64,000 bases of DNA from an uncultured Planctomycetota bacterium (GTDB lineage: Bacteria; Planctomycetota; Planctomycetia; Pirellulales; Lacipirellulaceae), in the NCBI GenBank assembly GCA_963719315.1, contig CAVRBU010000002.1, positions 800,001 through 864,000 of the forward strand. The letters run 5' to 3'. The first letter of the stretch is position 1. Each line of letters opens with the position of its first letter. The notes beneath the pieces are model-generated. The model saw only the letters and a program-made list of their open reading frames with translations, ran no database searches and was not told the origin of the DNA. The translations under genes were made by a program, and so were the position numbers. Of the stretch, positions 1 through 12,674 are shown one piece after another.

Positions 1-351
1 CCGGCCGTTGCCCCAGAGAATCGTATTGTCGTCGCCCAACAGCGCGACGCCGTCGGGCATGCCTTGCATGATGCGTTCGTTTTGCACAAGCCGGGCGATG
101 TCGACGACTTCGGCGAAGTGGTCCGCATCGGCGTAGATGCCGATGTAGTCGCCACTGCCCAGATGTGAGAGGGCCAGAGCCGGGGAAACGTCAACCAGCT
201 CAACGTCTTCGCCGAAGCGTTCGCGAAGGGCAACCTGGGCGTCGTGCGTGCCGCCTAGACAAAGAACCTTGGGACGTTGACACGTCCCCTGCGTGCTCGA
301 ATCATGATCTTGTTGCGACGCTATTGGTTCGTACACGTCCCAAACTTCCAC
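1..351 (-). CDS. Partial (3' end outside window) probable PAS/GAF sensor or regulatory protein
   Basis: Not in the ORF track. Manual translation gives ...RPKVLCLGG...LVQNERIMQGMPDGVALLGDDNTILWGNGR, which resembles the start of a PAS domain. In-frame stop upstream at 367-369; start uncertain. Confidence 0.55.
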   Translation of the reverse strand, partial: MEVWDVYEPIASQQDHDSSTQGTCQRPKVLCLGGTHDAQVALRERFGEDVELVDVSPALALSHLGSGDYIGIYADADHFAEVVDIARLVQNERIMQGMPDGVALLGDDNTILWGNGR

Positions 352-879
352 GGGCGGCGCGCGAGTTCAGTCGGCCGCCCTCACGGCAACGGCAGCGTGG
401 GAGGCGTCCTTCTCCGGATTATCTCGCAAGGAACTCTACGGAATTATAGGTGGCGACGGAAAACCCAACAACCAGCGGTGTGGGCGAAGTGTAGTGAATC
501 CGCTCACTTTTCCGCATCGGCAATTCACGCGGGTGCGGTTGAAGAGTGCTGGCGGTTTGGGGTTTTTTCCGGTTCCGCGGCCGGCCGATGCCGGCATCTT
601 CGGCAAATCTGGAGGCCTTTCCGAATTGGTACGCTTGACAATTCGCAGGAAGGACAGGGCGAACATGGGGAGCCCTTATCGATTCGCCGTTCAGAGAGCG
701 CACAACCTGTTCAACTCGGCCAATCGGTACGGTGGGAAGTTGCCCCGGTGATGGATGGAACTACAGCAGTCAATTTTTTGCCGTCGCGTGCGACCTACAC
801 TTTATGAGTGATTGGAATATGCGGGCAATTGTCGGCCGGGCAATCGGCTTCGGCCCCATCAAGATGAGGTTCGTCGATC

Positions 880-1743
880 ATGAACACAACCGTCGGAGCG
901 CGTTCCATGAATGTCAACCAACCAAGGCGCCAACAGCGCGCCGGCCTCACGGTACTGGAATTCGCGGGCTGCTTGATCGCCGTGGTGGGCGGCGCGTGGC
1001 TAGGGGCAATCTACCTGGGTATCGACGTCCACAACGTTGCCTACGCGGCGCTCGCCGGATCGCAACTGCTGGAAAAGATGCCGGAGAGCCTGCGACCGGA
1101 AGCTCCGCAGGACAAGGCCATGACGCGTGAGCAACTCGTCAGCACGTTGCGCGAAGAGCTTGGGTCGCTGCATACCGAAATCTCTGCCCTGCGCGATGGC
1201 AAAAGCTCGAGCGGGGGAGGCGAATCGAAAGCTTTGAAATCCGAAGCGGCATCGCTGTTGCCGACGAAGGAACGAACGCTAGCCTATTGGTCGCGGCTCA
1301 ATGAAATCGCGCTGGGCGAGGCAGCCTTGCAACAGGACGCCGAGTCGGCCTTCAATCCCGATAAAGCTGCCAGGGTGTACGCCATCAAGGGGCGAATCAG
1401 TCGCTTCGCCGCGAAGTCGGTCGAGGCCGTGCCGACGGCGGCCGTCGATGAGTCGACCGTTCGATTCGGGCGCGAACTTGGATTGTGGTACGATCGCGGC
1501 GGCGAGCTTTACGAAAAGGCCGTGCAAATTTGGGAAACGCCGATCGGCCCGGATGCCCGCGCGAAGCTCAATGAGGAGTGGGCTCAGAATAACCAGCAAC
1601 ATCGCAACGAAGCCAAGTTGTTAAACGAAAAGGCGTCTCGAGTGCGCGGATCGGTAAGTCGCATTTATGGCGAGGAATTTCCCGAGTTCGCCAAGCCGGC
1701 CAAGCCGGTGGAAAAAGCCAAGGCCGGAACCGATGCGGCATAA
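880..1743 (+). CDS. Hypothetical membrane-anchored protein with prepilin-like N-terminus
   Basis: RRQQRAG|LTVLEF followed by a hydrophobic helix, then a helical/coiled-coil body. Alternative start at 907. Confidence 0.75.
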   Translation: MNTTVGARSMNVNQPRRQQRAGLTVLEFAGCLIAVVGGAWLGAIYLGIDVHNVAYAALAGSQLLEKMPESLRPEAPQDKAMTREQLVSTLREELGSLHTEISALRDGKSSSGGGESKALKSEAASLLPTKERTLAYWSRLNEIALGEAALQQDAESAFNPDKAARVYAIKGRISRFAAKSVEAVPTAAVDESTVRFGRELGLWYDRGGELYEKAVQIWETPIGPDARAKLNEEWAQNNQQHRNEAKLLNEKASRVRGSVSRIYGEEFPEFAKPAKPVEKAKAGTDAA

Positions 1744-1884
1744 CGTCGCGCGGGAAAATGGCCGGAATTCGCCGAAACTAGCGGGTTTGTTTGATTTTAG
1801 AGGGCCGTGCAATTACCATGAATAGCTTGCAGCCGGTCGTTCGTGGCCGGTCAGCACGGGTTATTTGATACTGGAGAATTGGCT

Positions 1885-2985
1885 ATGCGAAAGACACTGC
1901 AATCGTGGCTCGTTGGATTCTGCGTAGTAACGATGACGGTTAACCCGGCTCTGGCCTGCCATTCGTGCGGCGGAGGCTGGGGCGGCGGCTATTACTACAG
2001 TGGCCCTGTGTATTATGGTTACGCTCCCGCCTACGGCGGATGTTGTGGTGGTTGCTACGGCTGCGGTTACGAAGTGGTCGTCAGCAGCGATTGCTGCGGC
2101 GGATGCAGTTCGTGCGGCACGGTGGTGAATGAAGGCGCGCCCGTTGAAACACTGCATCAGCCGACGCAGGCCGCGCCATCTGAACCCGCTCGGCCGATGA
2201 ATAATGTGCCCGCGATGCCGGCTCAGCCGGCGGAGCCCGCCCACGTCGAACGCCCCGTCGAGAACACGCCGGCTCCGAGTCTGCCGGCCAACCCGCCGCA
2301 GACGCCGCCGATCGGACTACCGCCGCTCCCCGATGCGGAGAACGCGCCGCTGACGCCTCCGCCGTCAGACGACTTGTTTAACACGCCATCGCCGGCACCG
2401 GCCACGCCGCCTGCTCCGGCCGCCGAAGCGCCGGCAGCGACTCCTCCGCAGGCGACTGAGCCAGCCAATGATTTGTTCGGCCCACCGCCAGCTGCAGCGC
2501 CGGCCGAGAAGGCTGCCACGCCGCCTGCGGCAACTCCGCCAGCTACGCCACAGGCCACGCCGCCGGCATCGACCGATGACTTGTTCGGACCGAGCCCAGA
2601 AAAGCCGGCCGCCCCTGCCGAAAAGGCCGCACCGCCAGCCGCCGCGCCGGCCGAGAAGCCAGCCGACAAGCCGGAAGAGAAAAAGAAAGCCGATGATATC
2701 TTCGGCGTTTCGCCCAACGTGCTGCATGAAGCCGGTGGCCTGGCAAGCGACGAGATGCGGACGTGGACCGATAACACGGGCACTTTCTCGTGCAGCGCTC
2801 GGCTGTTGAGCTTCCTCGACGGCCAGGTGCGACTGCTCAAAGCCAACGGGCGGACCAGCACGGTCTCGCTTTCGCGCTTGAGTGCGAACGACCTCGAGTT
2901 CGTCGAGCGCCAGGCCAGCGCCCAGCAGGGCGTTATGTTCCAGACGGCGCAATCGCTGAGCGTGATGCCGTTGATGGCAAACTAG
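1885..2985 (+). CDS. Secreted Pro/Ala-rich protein with C-terminal SHD1 domain
   Basis: Signal peptide, Cys/Gly/Tyr-rich segment, long Pro-rich linker with DDLF repeats, then SHD1-like MRTWTDNTGTFSCSARLL...VSLSRLSANDLEFV. GGAG precedes ATG 1885. Confidence 0.8.
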   Translation: MRKTLQSWLVGFCVVTMTVNPALACHSCGGGWGGGYYYSGPVYYGYAPAYGGCCGGCYGCGYEVVVSSDCCGGCSSCGTVVNEGAPVETLHQPTQAAPSEPARPMNNVPAMPAQPAEPAHVERPVENTPAPSLPANPPQTPPIGLPPLPDAENAPLTPPPSDDLFNTPSPAPATPPAPAAEAPAATPPQATEPANDLFGPPPAAAPAEKAATPPAATPPATPQATPPASTDDLFGPSPEKPAAPAEKAAPPAAAPAEKPADKPEEKKKADDIFGVSPNVLHEAGGLASDEMRTWTDNTGTFSCSARLLSFLDGQVRLLKANGRTSTVSLSRLSANDLEFVERQASAQQGVMFQTAQSLSVMPLMAN

Positions 2986-3016
2986 CGCGGCGCCAAAAGC
3001 TGAATTCGCATTATCA

Positions 3017-3058
3017 AGCCGCCTTCATTGTCTACACTGGCAATGAAGGCGGTTTTTT
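3017..3058 (+). terminator. Rho-independent terminator
   Basis: GCCGCCTTCATTG...CAATGAAGGCGGT hairpin followed by a T-tract, about 30 nt after the stop at 2985. Confidence 0.8.
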
Positions 3059-3148
3059 GCCGCCCGACGCAGCGGCAGGCGGGCCGCCTGTCGCTACGGA
3101 ATGCTAGAATGCGTTGCAAACCAACTCCAGGCAGTTTTTTCGGCCGTC

Positions 3149-3157
3149 TGTTATAAT
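3149..3157 (+). promoter_or_regulatory. Extended -10 promoter
   Basis: TGTTATAAT 25 nt upstream of ATG 3182. Confidence 0.5.
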
Positions 3158-3181
3158 GGACCTGGAGCAGAAGGTACGGCG

Positions 3182-4474
3182 ATGAAACACATTTTGGCGC
3201 TCATTCTGGCGATTTCTATTTCGATTTCTGCGCAGGCGGTGACGATCGATCTCGTGTCGATCGGCAATCCGGGCAACAACGGTGATATCAACGGGGGCAT
3301 TTTCGGGCAGGTGGCCACCTCCTACCAGATCGGGGTGACGGAGATCACAAACACTCAGTACGTCGAATTCCTCAACGCCAAGGCGGCGACTGATCCGTTG
3401 GGTCTTTACAACCAATTCATGGGACCGTTTAGCGACGGCGGGTTTCCCGACGGAGGCATCACGCGAAGTGGCATGGATGGAAACTACACATACACCGTGA
3501 AGGAGACAGTCCCGGCAGGCCTGCCCGATGGCAGCGACTACACGTATGGCGACAAACCGGTGAATTACGTGTCGTGGTACGATGCGATTCGGTTCGCCAA
3601 TTGGATGAACAACGGGCAAGGCTCGGGGAGTACCGAGACCGGCTCTTACACGTTATTGGGCGGCACGAAGGTGCCCTCGAATGCCGATAGCATCACTCGC
3701 AATGCCGGCGCAACCTGGTTTCTGCCAACTGAAAACGAGTGGTATAAGGCGGCCTACTATGACGGCGCGGCGGTGACGTACTTCGACTACCCAACGGGCA
3801 CCGATGCGCCACCGGACAATAACCTGCCGGCGACCGACACCGGCAATTCGGCGAACTTCCTGTCGGGTAGCCTCACAACGACGGGAGACCCTGGCTACCC
3901 GATGACGGCGGCCGGCAGCTATCTGCTCACTCAAAGTCCCTACGGCACATTCGATCAGGGCGGCAACGTGGCGGAATGGAACAAAGCGCTGGTGAGCGCG
4001 GGGAAACGAGGTCGGCGGGGCGGCGCTTGGAACACCGAGATTAGTTTCCTCTCGAGTGCGGTCCGAGACAGCTTGCTGGCCACCGCTGAGAACAACAGCA
4101 CTGGGTTTCGTTTGGCTCGGACGGCGGCCGCCGTGGGCGGCGTGCCAGGCGACTACAACGCCAATGGCATCGTGGACGCGGCCGACTACGCCGTGTGGCG
4201 CGATCATCTGAACACGCCGTTTCAGTTGCAAAACGAAGTTGCGAACACGTCGCCCGGCACGGTCGATCAGGATGACTACACCGCCTGGCGAATGCGGTTC
4301 GGGAACACGAGCGGTTCGGGAGCCGGAAACAGCGTTGAGGCCGCGGCCGTACCGGAGCCAACAGCAGCAATGCTCGTGATCTTATGGGGCATGATGGCAG
4401 CCAGCCGAGCGCGTCTGCGAGAGCGCTGCGCGCGCGACTCCGTTAGTTTGCATGTCGTGTTGCTGTTTCGTTAA
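3182..4474 (+). CDS. SUMF1/FGE-sulfatase domain protein with dockerin-like repeat and PEP-CTERM
   Basis: Motifs TEITNTQY, PVNYVSWYDA, LPTENEWYKAA, DQGGNVAEW, RGGAW and GFRLA; GDYNANGIVDAADY; VPEP followed by a TM helix. Confidence 0.88.
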   Translation: MKHILALILAISISISAQAVTIDLVSIGNPGNNGDINGGIFGQVATSYQIGVTEITNTQYVEFLNAKAATDPLGLYNQFMGPFSDGGFPDGGITRSGMDGNYTYTVKETVPAGLPDGSDYTYGDKPVNYVSWYDAIRFANWMNNGQGSGSTETGSYTLLGGTKVPSNADSITRNAGATWFLPTENEWYKAAYYDGAAVTYFDYPTGTDAPPDNNLPATDTGNSANFLSGSLTTTGDPGYPMTAAGSYLLTQSPYGTFDQGGNVAEWNKALVSAGKRGRRGGAWNTEISFLSSAVRDSLLATAENNSTGFRLARTAAAVGGVPGDYNANGIVDAADYAVWRDHLNTPFQLQNEVANTSPGTVDQDDYTAWRMRFGNTSGSGAGNSVEAAAVPEPTAAMLVILWGMMAASRARLRERCARDSVSLHVVLLFR

Positions 4475-4562
4475 CGCTTTTCGCGCGAGATTGCTGGCTT
4501 GTCTTGCTTTGATTTTCGGCTCAGTGGGCGATCCATTCGTCGCACCCGCGACCCAACCAAAT

Positions 4563-4581
4563 CGCCCGGTAAAACCGGGCG
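4563..4581. repeat. Short palindrome between convergent genes (REP-like or terminator)
   Basis: CGCCCGGT-AAA-ACCGGGCG. Confidence 0.5.
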
Positions 4582-4613
4582 GCAGGAGTGTAATCTATTT
4601 CGCGAGAGCGCGC

Positions 4614-5174
4614 TCAGGCACGGCGACGACGAACGAGCAGCGTACTCCCGATAGCGCCAACGAGCATGATCGCCAGTGAGGCAGGCTCAGGAATATCCGC
4701 TCCCAAATCGGAAAAAACCAATATTTGCGGTAACAATATGGTAGGTGGAGCGTCAAATAAGTGTTCGACCCTCTGGAAAGTCCCGTCTTCGGTGAGCACG
4801 GCGACTGGAGCAGCGGGAAGATCCGGAAATAACGGCCCCAGTGGATCCGATTCAAAGTACAGGAACTGGTTTCTGACGGACAGGCGATCGCTTTGTTGTC
4901 CGTTTGGTTCAACGAACAATATCCATTGGTTTGCAAGATCAAGTGGCCCGAAGAACGCGGCCAGAAACGGCTCGTCAGGCGTCGCCTCTGGCACGATAAA
5001 ATCCGGAAGCGGCAGAGCTCCGGGCGGAATAATCCGTATGATGTCGCTTTCCGTTTGTTGCGGTTGCGCGACGGACACCGCGCCGAAGCACAAGAGAACG
5101 ATGGCTGCCAGAGCCAATTGCATAGCCCGCGCCGCGCCAAGTGCAAACGCGGCAGACGCAACGAGTCTTTTCAT
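4614..5174 (-). CDS. Small PEP-CTERM sorting domain protein
   Basis: Signal peptide; C-terminal IPEPASLAIMLVGAIGSTLLVRRRRA. Confidence 0.8.
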   Translation of the reverse strand: MKRLVASAAFALGAARAMQLALAAIVLLCFGAVSVAQPQQTESDIIRIIPPGALPLPDFIVPEATPDEPFLAAFFGPLDLANQWILFVEPNGQQSDRLSVRNQFLYFESDPLGPLFPDLPAAPVAVLTEDGTFQRVEHLFDAPPTILLPQILVFSDLGADIPEPASLAIMLVGAIGSTLLVRRRRA

Positions 5175-5307
5175 GAGCTGACCCTTTCTCAAAAGAAGTG
5201 ACTATCAAGAACTATCGCCAAAATCTGGCGACACATCTCCAACCGAAGGGAACCACCCGTTTCATTTATCCACCCATTGCCCGAACGTGAGCCACAGGTG
5301 CGCGGGC

Positions 5308-5337
5308 ATCCTACCTGAGGGGGAGCCGCAAAGTCAA
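5308..5337 (-). promoter_or_regulatory. Putative sigma70 promoter
   Basis: TTGACT-N18-TAGGAT upstream of the PEP-CTERM gene. Confidence 0.35.
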
Positions 5338-5633
5338 CTTTTTTCTCCATGAATTATTTGCGATAGGCTCGAGAGGCAGGCGGAAACTCACCCGCTCACC
5401 AAAATCTCCACGGGAATTGCCCCAGATGGGGGACGATTGTCGGGCGGATTTGGCCGGCCGGCCGCAGGGTCGGGCGTGCGACCAGCGTGCTCGCGGTTTT
5501 GTACGCGGGGTTCTTTGGCGCTGGTGGGTTGCGACGCCGTTCTACTGGTCTCTGAAGCGACCAGTCCGTCGGGGTGCTGAAGTGACCGGTTCGTCGGGGA
5601 TGGCGAACTGGACCAGTCCGGTCGGAGAATGGG

Positions 5634-7127
5634 TTAGGTGAGTTTGGCTGCGATTCGCTCGGCAGCGGATTGACCGCTGGCGATGCATTGGGGGATGCCG
5701 ACGCCGCGATAGGCATTTCCGGCCAGGGCGAAATAGGAGTGTCTTTCGGCCAATCGCTCGATCCGATTCACGCGGATCAGGTGGCCGACGTGATATTGCG
5801 GCATCGAGCGCGGCCAGCGCGCGACATCCGCGAGCAGAGGCTCTCCGGAAATCTGCAACAACTCGGCAAGTTCTTCCCTGGCGATGCGTGTGAGTTCCCT
5901 GTCCGGCAAATCCAGCAATTCAGGTTGAACGGCGCCCCCGATAAAGGCGCGGATGAGAATATGGTCCATCGGTGCACGACTGGGGAACTTCAGGCTGGCG
6001 AAACTGCCGGCAATGATCCGGCGACCTTCGCTTTGCGGAACGACAAAGCCAAAGCCATCGAGTTCGTGACCAATCTGGCTTCGCGCAAAACCTAGACTGA
6101 CCACTGCGCAGCCGGCGTAATCGATCGCGGCAAGGTCGGCCGCAAGGTCGGCATCGCAACGTTCCAACAAGCGCGCGGCGGCGTGGGCTGGGAGCGCGAG
6201 GATGACGGCGTCAAAGGTGGAGTGGGGAGTGGGGAGTGGGGAGTGGGGAACTTCGGAAGCTGGGTGATATTCGACCTGCCAATGATCGTCCACGAAGCGG
6301 ATTTCCGACACGAGTGTGTTTAGGTGGACTTTCGTTCGTGACAAGCGGTTTGTGAGTGCGTTGATCAGGCTCATCATTCCGTGTTGAGGCGCGACGAATA
6401 GGCCGTAGCGGGCGCCGCTGGCGCCCTCACCACGGCCCTCTCCCGGTGGGAGAGGGAATCGGAGCGTGGCGCGGAGGAGGCTGCCGGTGGTGCGTTCGTA
6501 GTCGAGGAATTGTGGCATGGTGGCGGCCATGCTGAGCCGCTCGGGATCGGCCGTGTAAATGCCAGCGACGAGCGGCTGCACGAGACGCTCAAAAACTTCG
6601 CGGCCGAGGCGGCGGCGGGCGAACGAGGCGACGCTTTCGTCGCCCTCACCCTGCCCTCTCCCGGAGGGAGAGGATTTCGCGCGGGGAATAAATGGTTCAA
6701 TCAACAGTCGGAGTTTGCCGGCGAGGCTAAGCGCGGGCGACGTCAGCAGCGGCCAGAGCTTGCGCGGCGACATCAAATAGAAGCCTTCTGGAATTGGCAC
6801 GAGTTGTCCTTCGCGAACGACGAACGCGCGGCGGCGGGATTCGTCGGTCGTGAGCAAGTCGTCGGCCAGCCCTAGCTGCCGGCACAGATCGACACCGGCG
6901 GGCGGTTTCACCAAGAAATTGTCGGCCGATTGCTCGATAAGGAAGCCGTTTCGCTCGACCGTGTGCAGCACGCCGCCGAGCCGCTCTGCGGCCTCGAACA
7001 ATTCGAGCTCGGCCTGGGGCAATAGTTCGGCGAGCCGATGCGCGGCCGCCAGCCCGCTGATGCCGCCGCCGATGATGGCGATGCGGCGAGGGAGGGAGAC
7101 GGAGGGCGGAGTGGGGAAGGACGACAT
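5634..7127 (-). CDS. hemG: Protoporphyrinogen/coproporphyrinogen oxidase (HemY-type)
   Basis: Motifs IAIIGGGISGLAAA, ERLGG, VQPLVAGIY, GFGFVVP, SMPQYHVGH and LAGNAYRGVGIPQCI. Start at ATG 7127 is inferred. Confidence 0.93.
   Translation of the reverse strand: MSSFPTPPSVSLPRRIAIIGGGISGLAAAHRLAELLPQAELELFEAAERLGGVLHTVERNGFLIEQSADNFLVKPPAGVDLCRQLGLADDLLTTDESRRRAFVVREGQLVPIPEGFYLMSPRKLWPLLTSPALSLAGKLRLLIEPFIPRAKSSPSGRGQGEGDESVASFARRRLGREVFERLVQPLVAGIYTADPERLSMAATMPQFLDYERTTGSLLRATLRFPLPPGEGRGEGASGARYGLFVAPQHGMMSLINALTNRLSRTKVHLNTLVSEIRFVDDHWQVEYHPASEVPHSPLPTPHSTFDAVILALPAHAAARLLERCDADLAADLAAIDYAGCAVVSLGFARSQIGHELDGFGFVVPQSEGRRIIAGSFASLKFPSRAPMDHILIRAFIGGAVQPELLDLPDRELTRIAREELAELLQISGEPLLADVARWPRSMPQYHVGHLIRVNRIERLAERHSYFALAGNAYRGVGIPQCIASGQSAAERIAAKLT
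6219..6246. repeat. (GGAGTGG)x4 heptamer tandem repeat inside hemG
   Basis: Read directly; translated as PHSPLPTPHS. Confidence 0.9.
6424..6456. repeat. CCCTCACC..CCCTCTCCC-NNN-GGGAGAGGG palindromic element, copy 1, inside hemG
   Basis: 9-bp stem; related copies at 6643 and 58960. Confidence 0.88.
6643..6673. repeat. Same palindromic element, copy 2, inside hemG
   Basis: CCCTCACCCTGCCCTCTCCCGGAGGGAGAGG. Confidence 0.88.
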
Positions 7128-7188
7128 GATAAATATCCTGGCAGTTCCTTCCGCCTTCCGCACTCCCCCTTCCCCCTGCGCCATCACG

Positions 7189-8163
7189 CTACCAAATGTG
7201 GCGGCTGGGGTTCCAGGGCCAGTAGGAGCGCGGATCAGCGCCGAAACGCCACTCGAGCGCGAACGTGAGCGTCAAATCGTGTTGCGTGGCGACGCCGTCG
7301 TTGCCCAGTCCGATCTGGTCGGTGAATTCGGCCCGCGCGGCCAGCCAACGGCGGACCGGATACTTAATGCCCAAGCCGACGGGGAATGTCCACAAGGTCT
7401 CGTCACGGCGGTGGCCGGCGTCGGTTGGATAGTCGATCTCCATACCACCTAGGCCGCAGCGCCAGTAGGGCCGGAACATCGAATCGCCCCACGGATAGTA
7501 CATCACGTTTGCAGTCCAAACCATCAGCCGATCGCCGCGGTCGGCATCGCGAGCGTTTTCGTTGATCAATTCGGGCGTCGCGCGTTGGACGGCAAGCTCG
7601 GCGCCCCAATAGTAATCGAAATCGCAACCACCATAGATGCCGCCGTACATATCGATATCGCGCGTGACATCATTCTGAGGCGGCTGCGTGATCCAAACCG
7701 TGCCGAGATCGACGCCGACATAGTAAGGCCGATTGAGCCAGCTCGTGCCGATCAGCGGCACGCCCATGCCGGCGTTGCGGCCATCGTTTGATGAATGGCG
7801 CAGGCCGAGCCACTTTAGTTTGCTGAAAAACGATTCGCTCGGAGTCGCGCCGGGAGAAGCCACGTCGAACTCTGCTTCTGAGGAATACTCTTCCAACGAA
7901 GCCGGAGGCTGTTGGAAAGGTTGCCGGATTTCGCTTTCTGGAGGCGCGTCGACCAGAAAGAGCTCGGGCGATGAGTTGGACTGTTCGAGGGCGGGCGAGT
8001 CGGCGTTTGGAAGATCGGGACCGCTCTGAGGACCGGCGGATAATAGCTTGATTGTAGAGGGCCGTTCTTGCGGAGACAGCGGCGCAGCGGCGAGCGACTG
8101 CAGCGCGCACGCGCCTACGGACGCCGAGAGCAGGAGCGCAATGAGAATCGAACGGCGCAGCAA
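7189..8163 (-). CDS. Outer-membrane beta-barrel (OmpA-like TM/porin family) protein
   Basis: Signal peptide; alternating beta-strand pattern (RPYWRCGLG, FPVGLGIKY, TFALEWRF). Confidence 0.7.
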   Translation of the reverse strand: MLRRSILIALLLSASVGACALQSLAAAPLSPQERPSTIKLLSAGPQSGPDLPNADSPALEQSNSSPELFLVDAPPESEIRQPFQQPPASLEEYSSEAEFDVASPGATPSESFFSKLKWLGLRHSSNDGRNAGMGVPLIGTSWLNRPYYVGVDLGTVWITQPPQNDVTRDIDMYGGIYGGCDFDYYWGAELAVQRATPELINENARDADRGDRLMVWTANVMYYPWGDSMFRPYWRCGLGGMEIDYPTDAGHRRDETLWTFPVGLGIKYPVRRWLAARAEFTDQIGLGNDGVATQHDLTLTFALEWRFGADPRSYWPWNPSRHIW

Positions 8164-8233
8164 ATCCGTGACCTTCCCGCAAGGCGCGCGAGGGCGCGAT
8201 CATTACCGATAAGATCGAGAGAGGAGGAGGCGA

Positions 8234-8262
8234 ATTATTCCGGGCTTTTTGGCAAGCGTCAA
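8234..8262 (-). promoter_or_regulatory. Putative sigma70 promoter
   Basis: TTGACG-N17-AATAAT. Confidence 0.4.
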
Positions 8263-8314
8263 CCTGTCTTGCAGGACGCAAGCAGATTCGCAACGTGAGG
8301 GCCGCAAGGTGTAC

Positions 8315-9532
<1,218 letters not shown>

Positions 9533-9910
9533 TGAACCCGACCCCCTGTATGTCGGACTGGGCGTTCCGACTCGAAATATTTATTGGTAGTATGGCGTCG
9601 CAAAAGAGCGCGGCGTACTACTTCCCATCGGCTCAATTATAGGATGTAAATGCGACAGATTGCGAGCACAAGTTGCAAAGATTGCGATGCGGGAGTAGAT
9701 CGCAATTGGACATCCGGTCGAGCAATGCCGGTTCAACGGTAGACGGGGACTGGGATAGAATGTGATAGCGGTTGGACAGAGGTTTTCGTGGCCGCAAAAC
9801 TGGAATGCGCGGTCGGGTCGGCATCGTTTCGTCGGAAAGCGCAAAGACTGAACCAGACGGACACCGTATAATCGATACAATTAGCGCACCTTTTTAATCC
9901 GGTTCGGCAC

Positions 9911-11683
<1,773 letters not shown>

Positions 11684-11810
11684 TTGGGGGATGTGAAAGG
11701 GGGCGGCGGTTATTTGAGGTGGATTCGGCCTGGCGGCCGACGCTATGGGGTACATGACGTAAATCGGCGGCCCCCTCCCCTAATCGACTTGTGACATTTA
11801 GAATTCCAAC

Positions 11811-12674
11811 ATGGCCGAGTACGATACGGTAGCCATTGTCGGCGTGGGATTGATTGGTGGCTCGATTGGTCTGGCGCTTCGAGAGCGGAAGCTTGCGCAA
11901 AAGGTTATCGGCGTCGGCCGGCGGCAACAGAGCCTGGATGTGGCGCGGCGGGTTGGCGCGATCGACAACGGAGTGACGAATCTGGCGAATGGGGTTTCGC
12001 AGGCGCAACTCATTATCGTCGCGACGCCGGTGGATTCGATCGCTGAACGAGTGATGCAGATTTCGGCTGCCTGCCCGGCGGGCGCGTTGATTACGGACGC
12101 GGGCAGCACGAAGGAGTCGATCGTGGCGGCGGTGGATGCCGGGCTGGCAACGCGGCGGAGCGGGCCGCGGTTTGTCGGTAGCCATCCGCTGGCGGGCGAT
12201 CACCGCACGGGGCCCGAACATGCACGGGCCGATTTGTTGGAACGCCGTACCGTGGTGATCACGCCGAGCGAGCACACGCGGCCGGCCGCGGTGACGGAAG
12301 TCAGCGGTTTCTGGCAGAGTCTGGGCGCCAATGTGCGAAGCATGTCTCCCACAGAGCACGATGGAGCGCTCGCGGTCACGAGCCATTTGCCGCATGTGGC
12401 GGCGGTCGTGCTGGCGGCGGCGACACCCTGCGATTTGCTTCCCCTCACGGCAAGTGGATGGCGCGATACGACGCGCGTGGCCGGCGGCGATCCGGCGATG
12501 TGGCAGGCGATCCTCACAGCCAACCGGCAGCACGTGCTCGATGCGATCGATCTCATGGGCCAGACGTTCACGGCGCTGCGCGAGAGTTTGGAACAAGGCG
12601 ACAACGAGAGCCTGATCTCGATTCTGGAGACGGCCGCAAAAAAGAAACGGGATCGAGATGCTCTGGGAGATTGA
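11811..12674 (+). CDS. tyrA: Prephenate/arogenate dehydrogenase
   Basis: GVGLIGGSIG, TDAGSTK, GSHPLAG, EHD..TSHLPH and GWRDTTRVA. Confidence 0.9.
   Translation: MAEYDTVAIVGVGLIGGSIGLALRERKLAQKVIGVGRRQQSLDVARRVGAIDNGVTNLANGVSQAQLIIVATPVDSIAERVMQISAACPAGALITDAGSTKESIVAAVDAGLATRRSGPRFVGSHPLAGDHRTGPEHARADLLERRTVVITPSEHTRPAAVTEVSGFWQSLGANVRSMSPTEHDGALAVTSHLPHVAAVVLAAATPCDLLPLTASGWRDTTRVAGGDPAMWQAILTANRQHVLDAIDLMGQTFTALRESLEQGDNESLISILETAAKKKRDRDALGD

Noticed and set aside
360..880. Riboswitch or ncRNA in long intergenic regions (also 9540-9910, 43330-43770)
   Set aside because: No recognisable conserved aptamer motif; these are divergent promoter regions. An Rfam/Infernal scan would be needed to exclude one.
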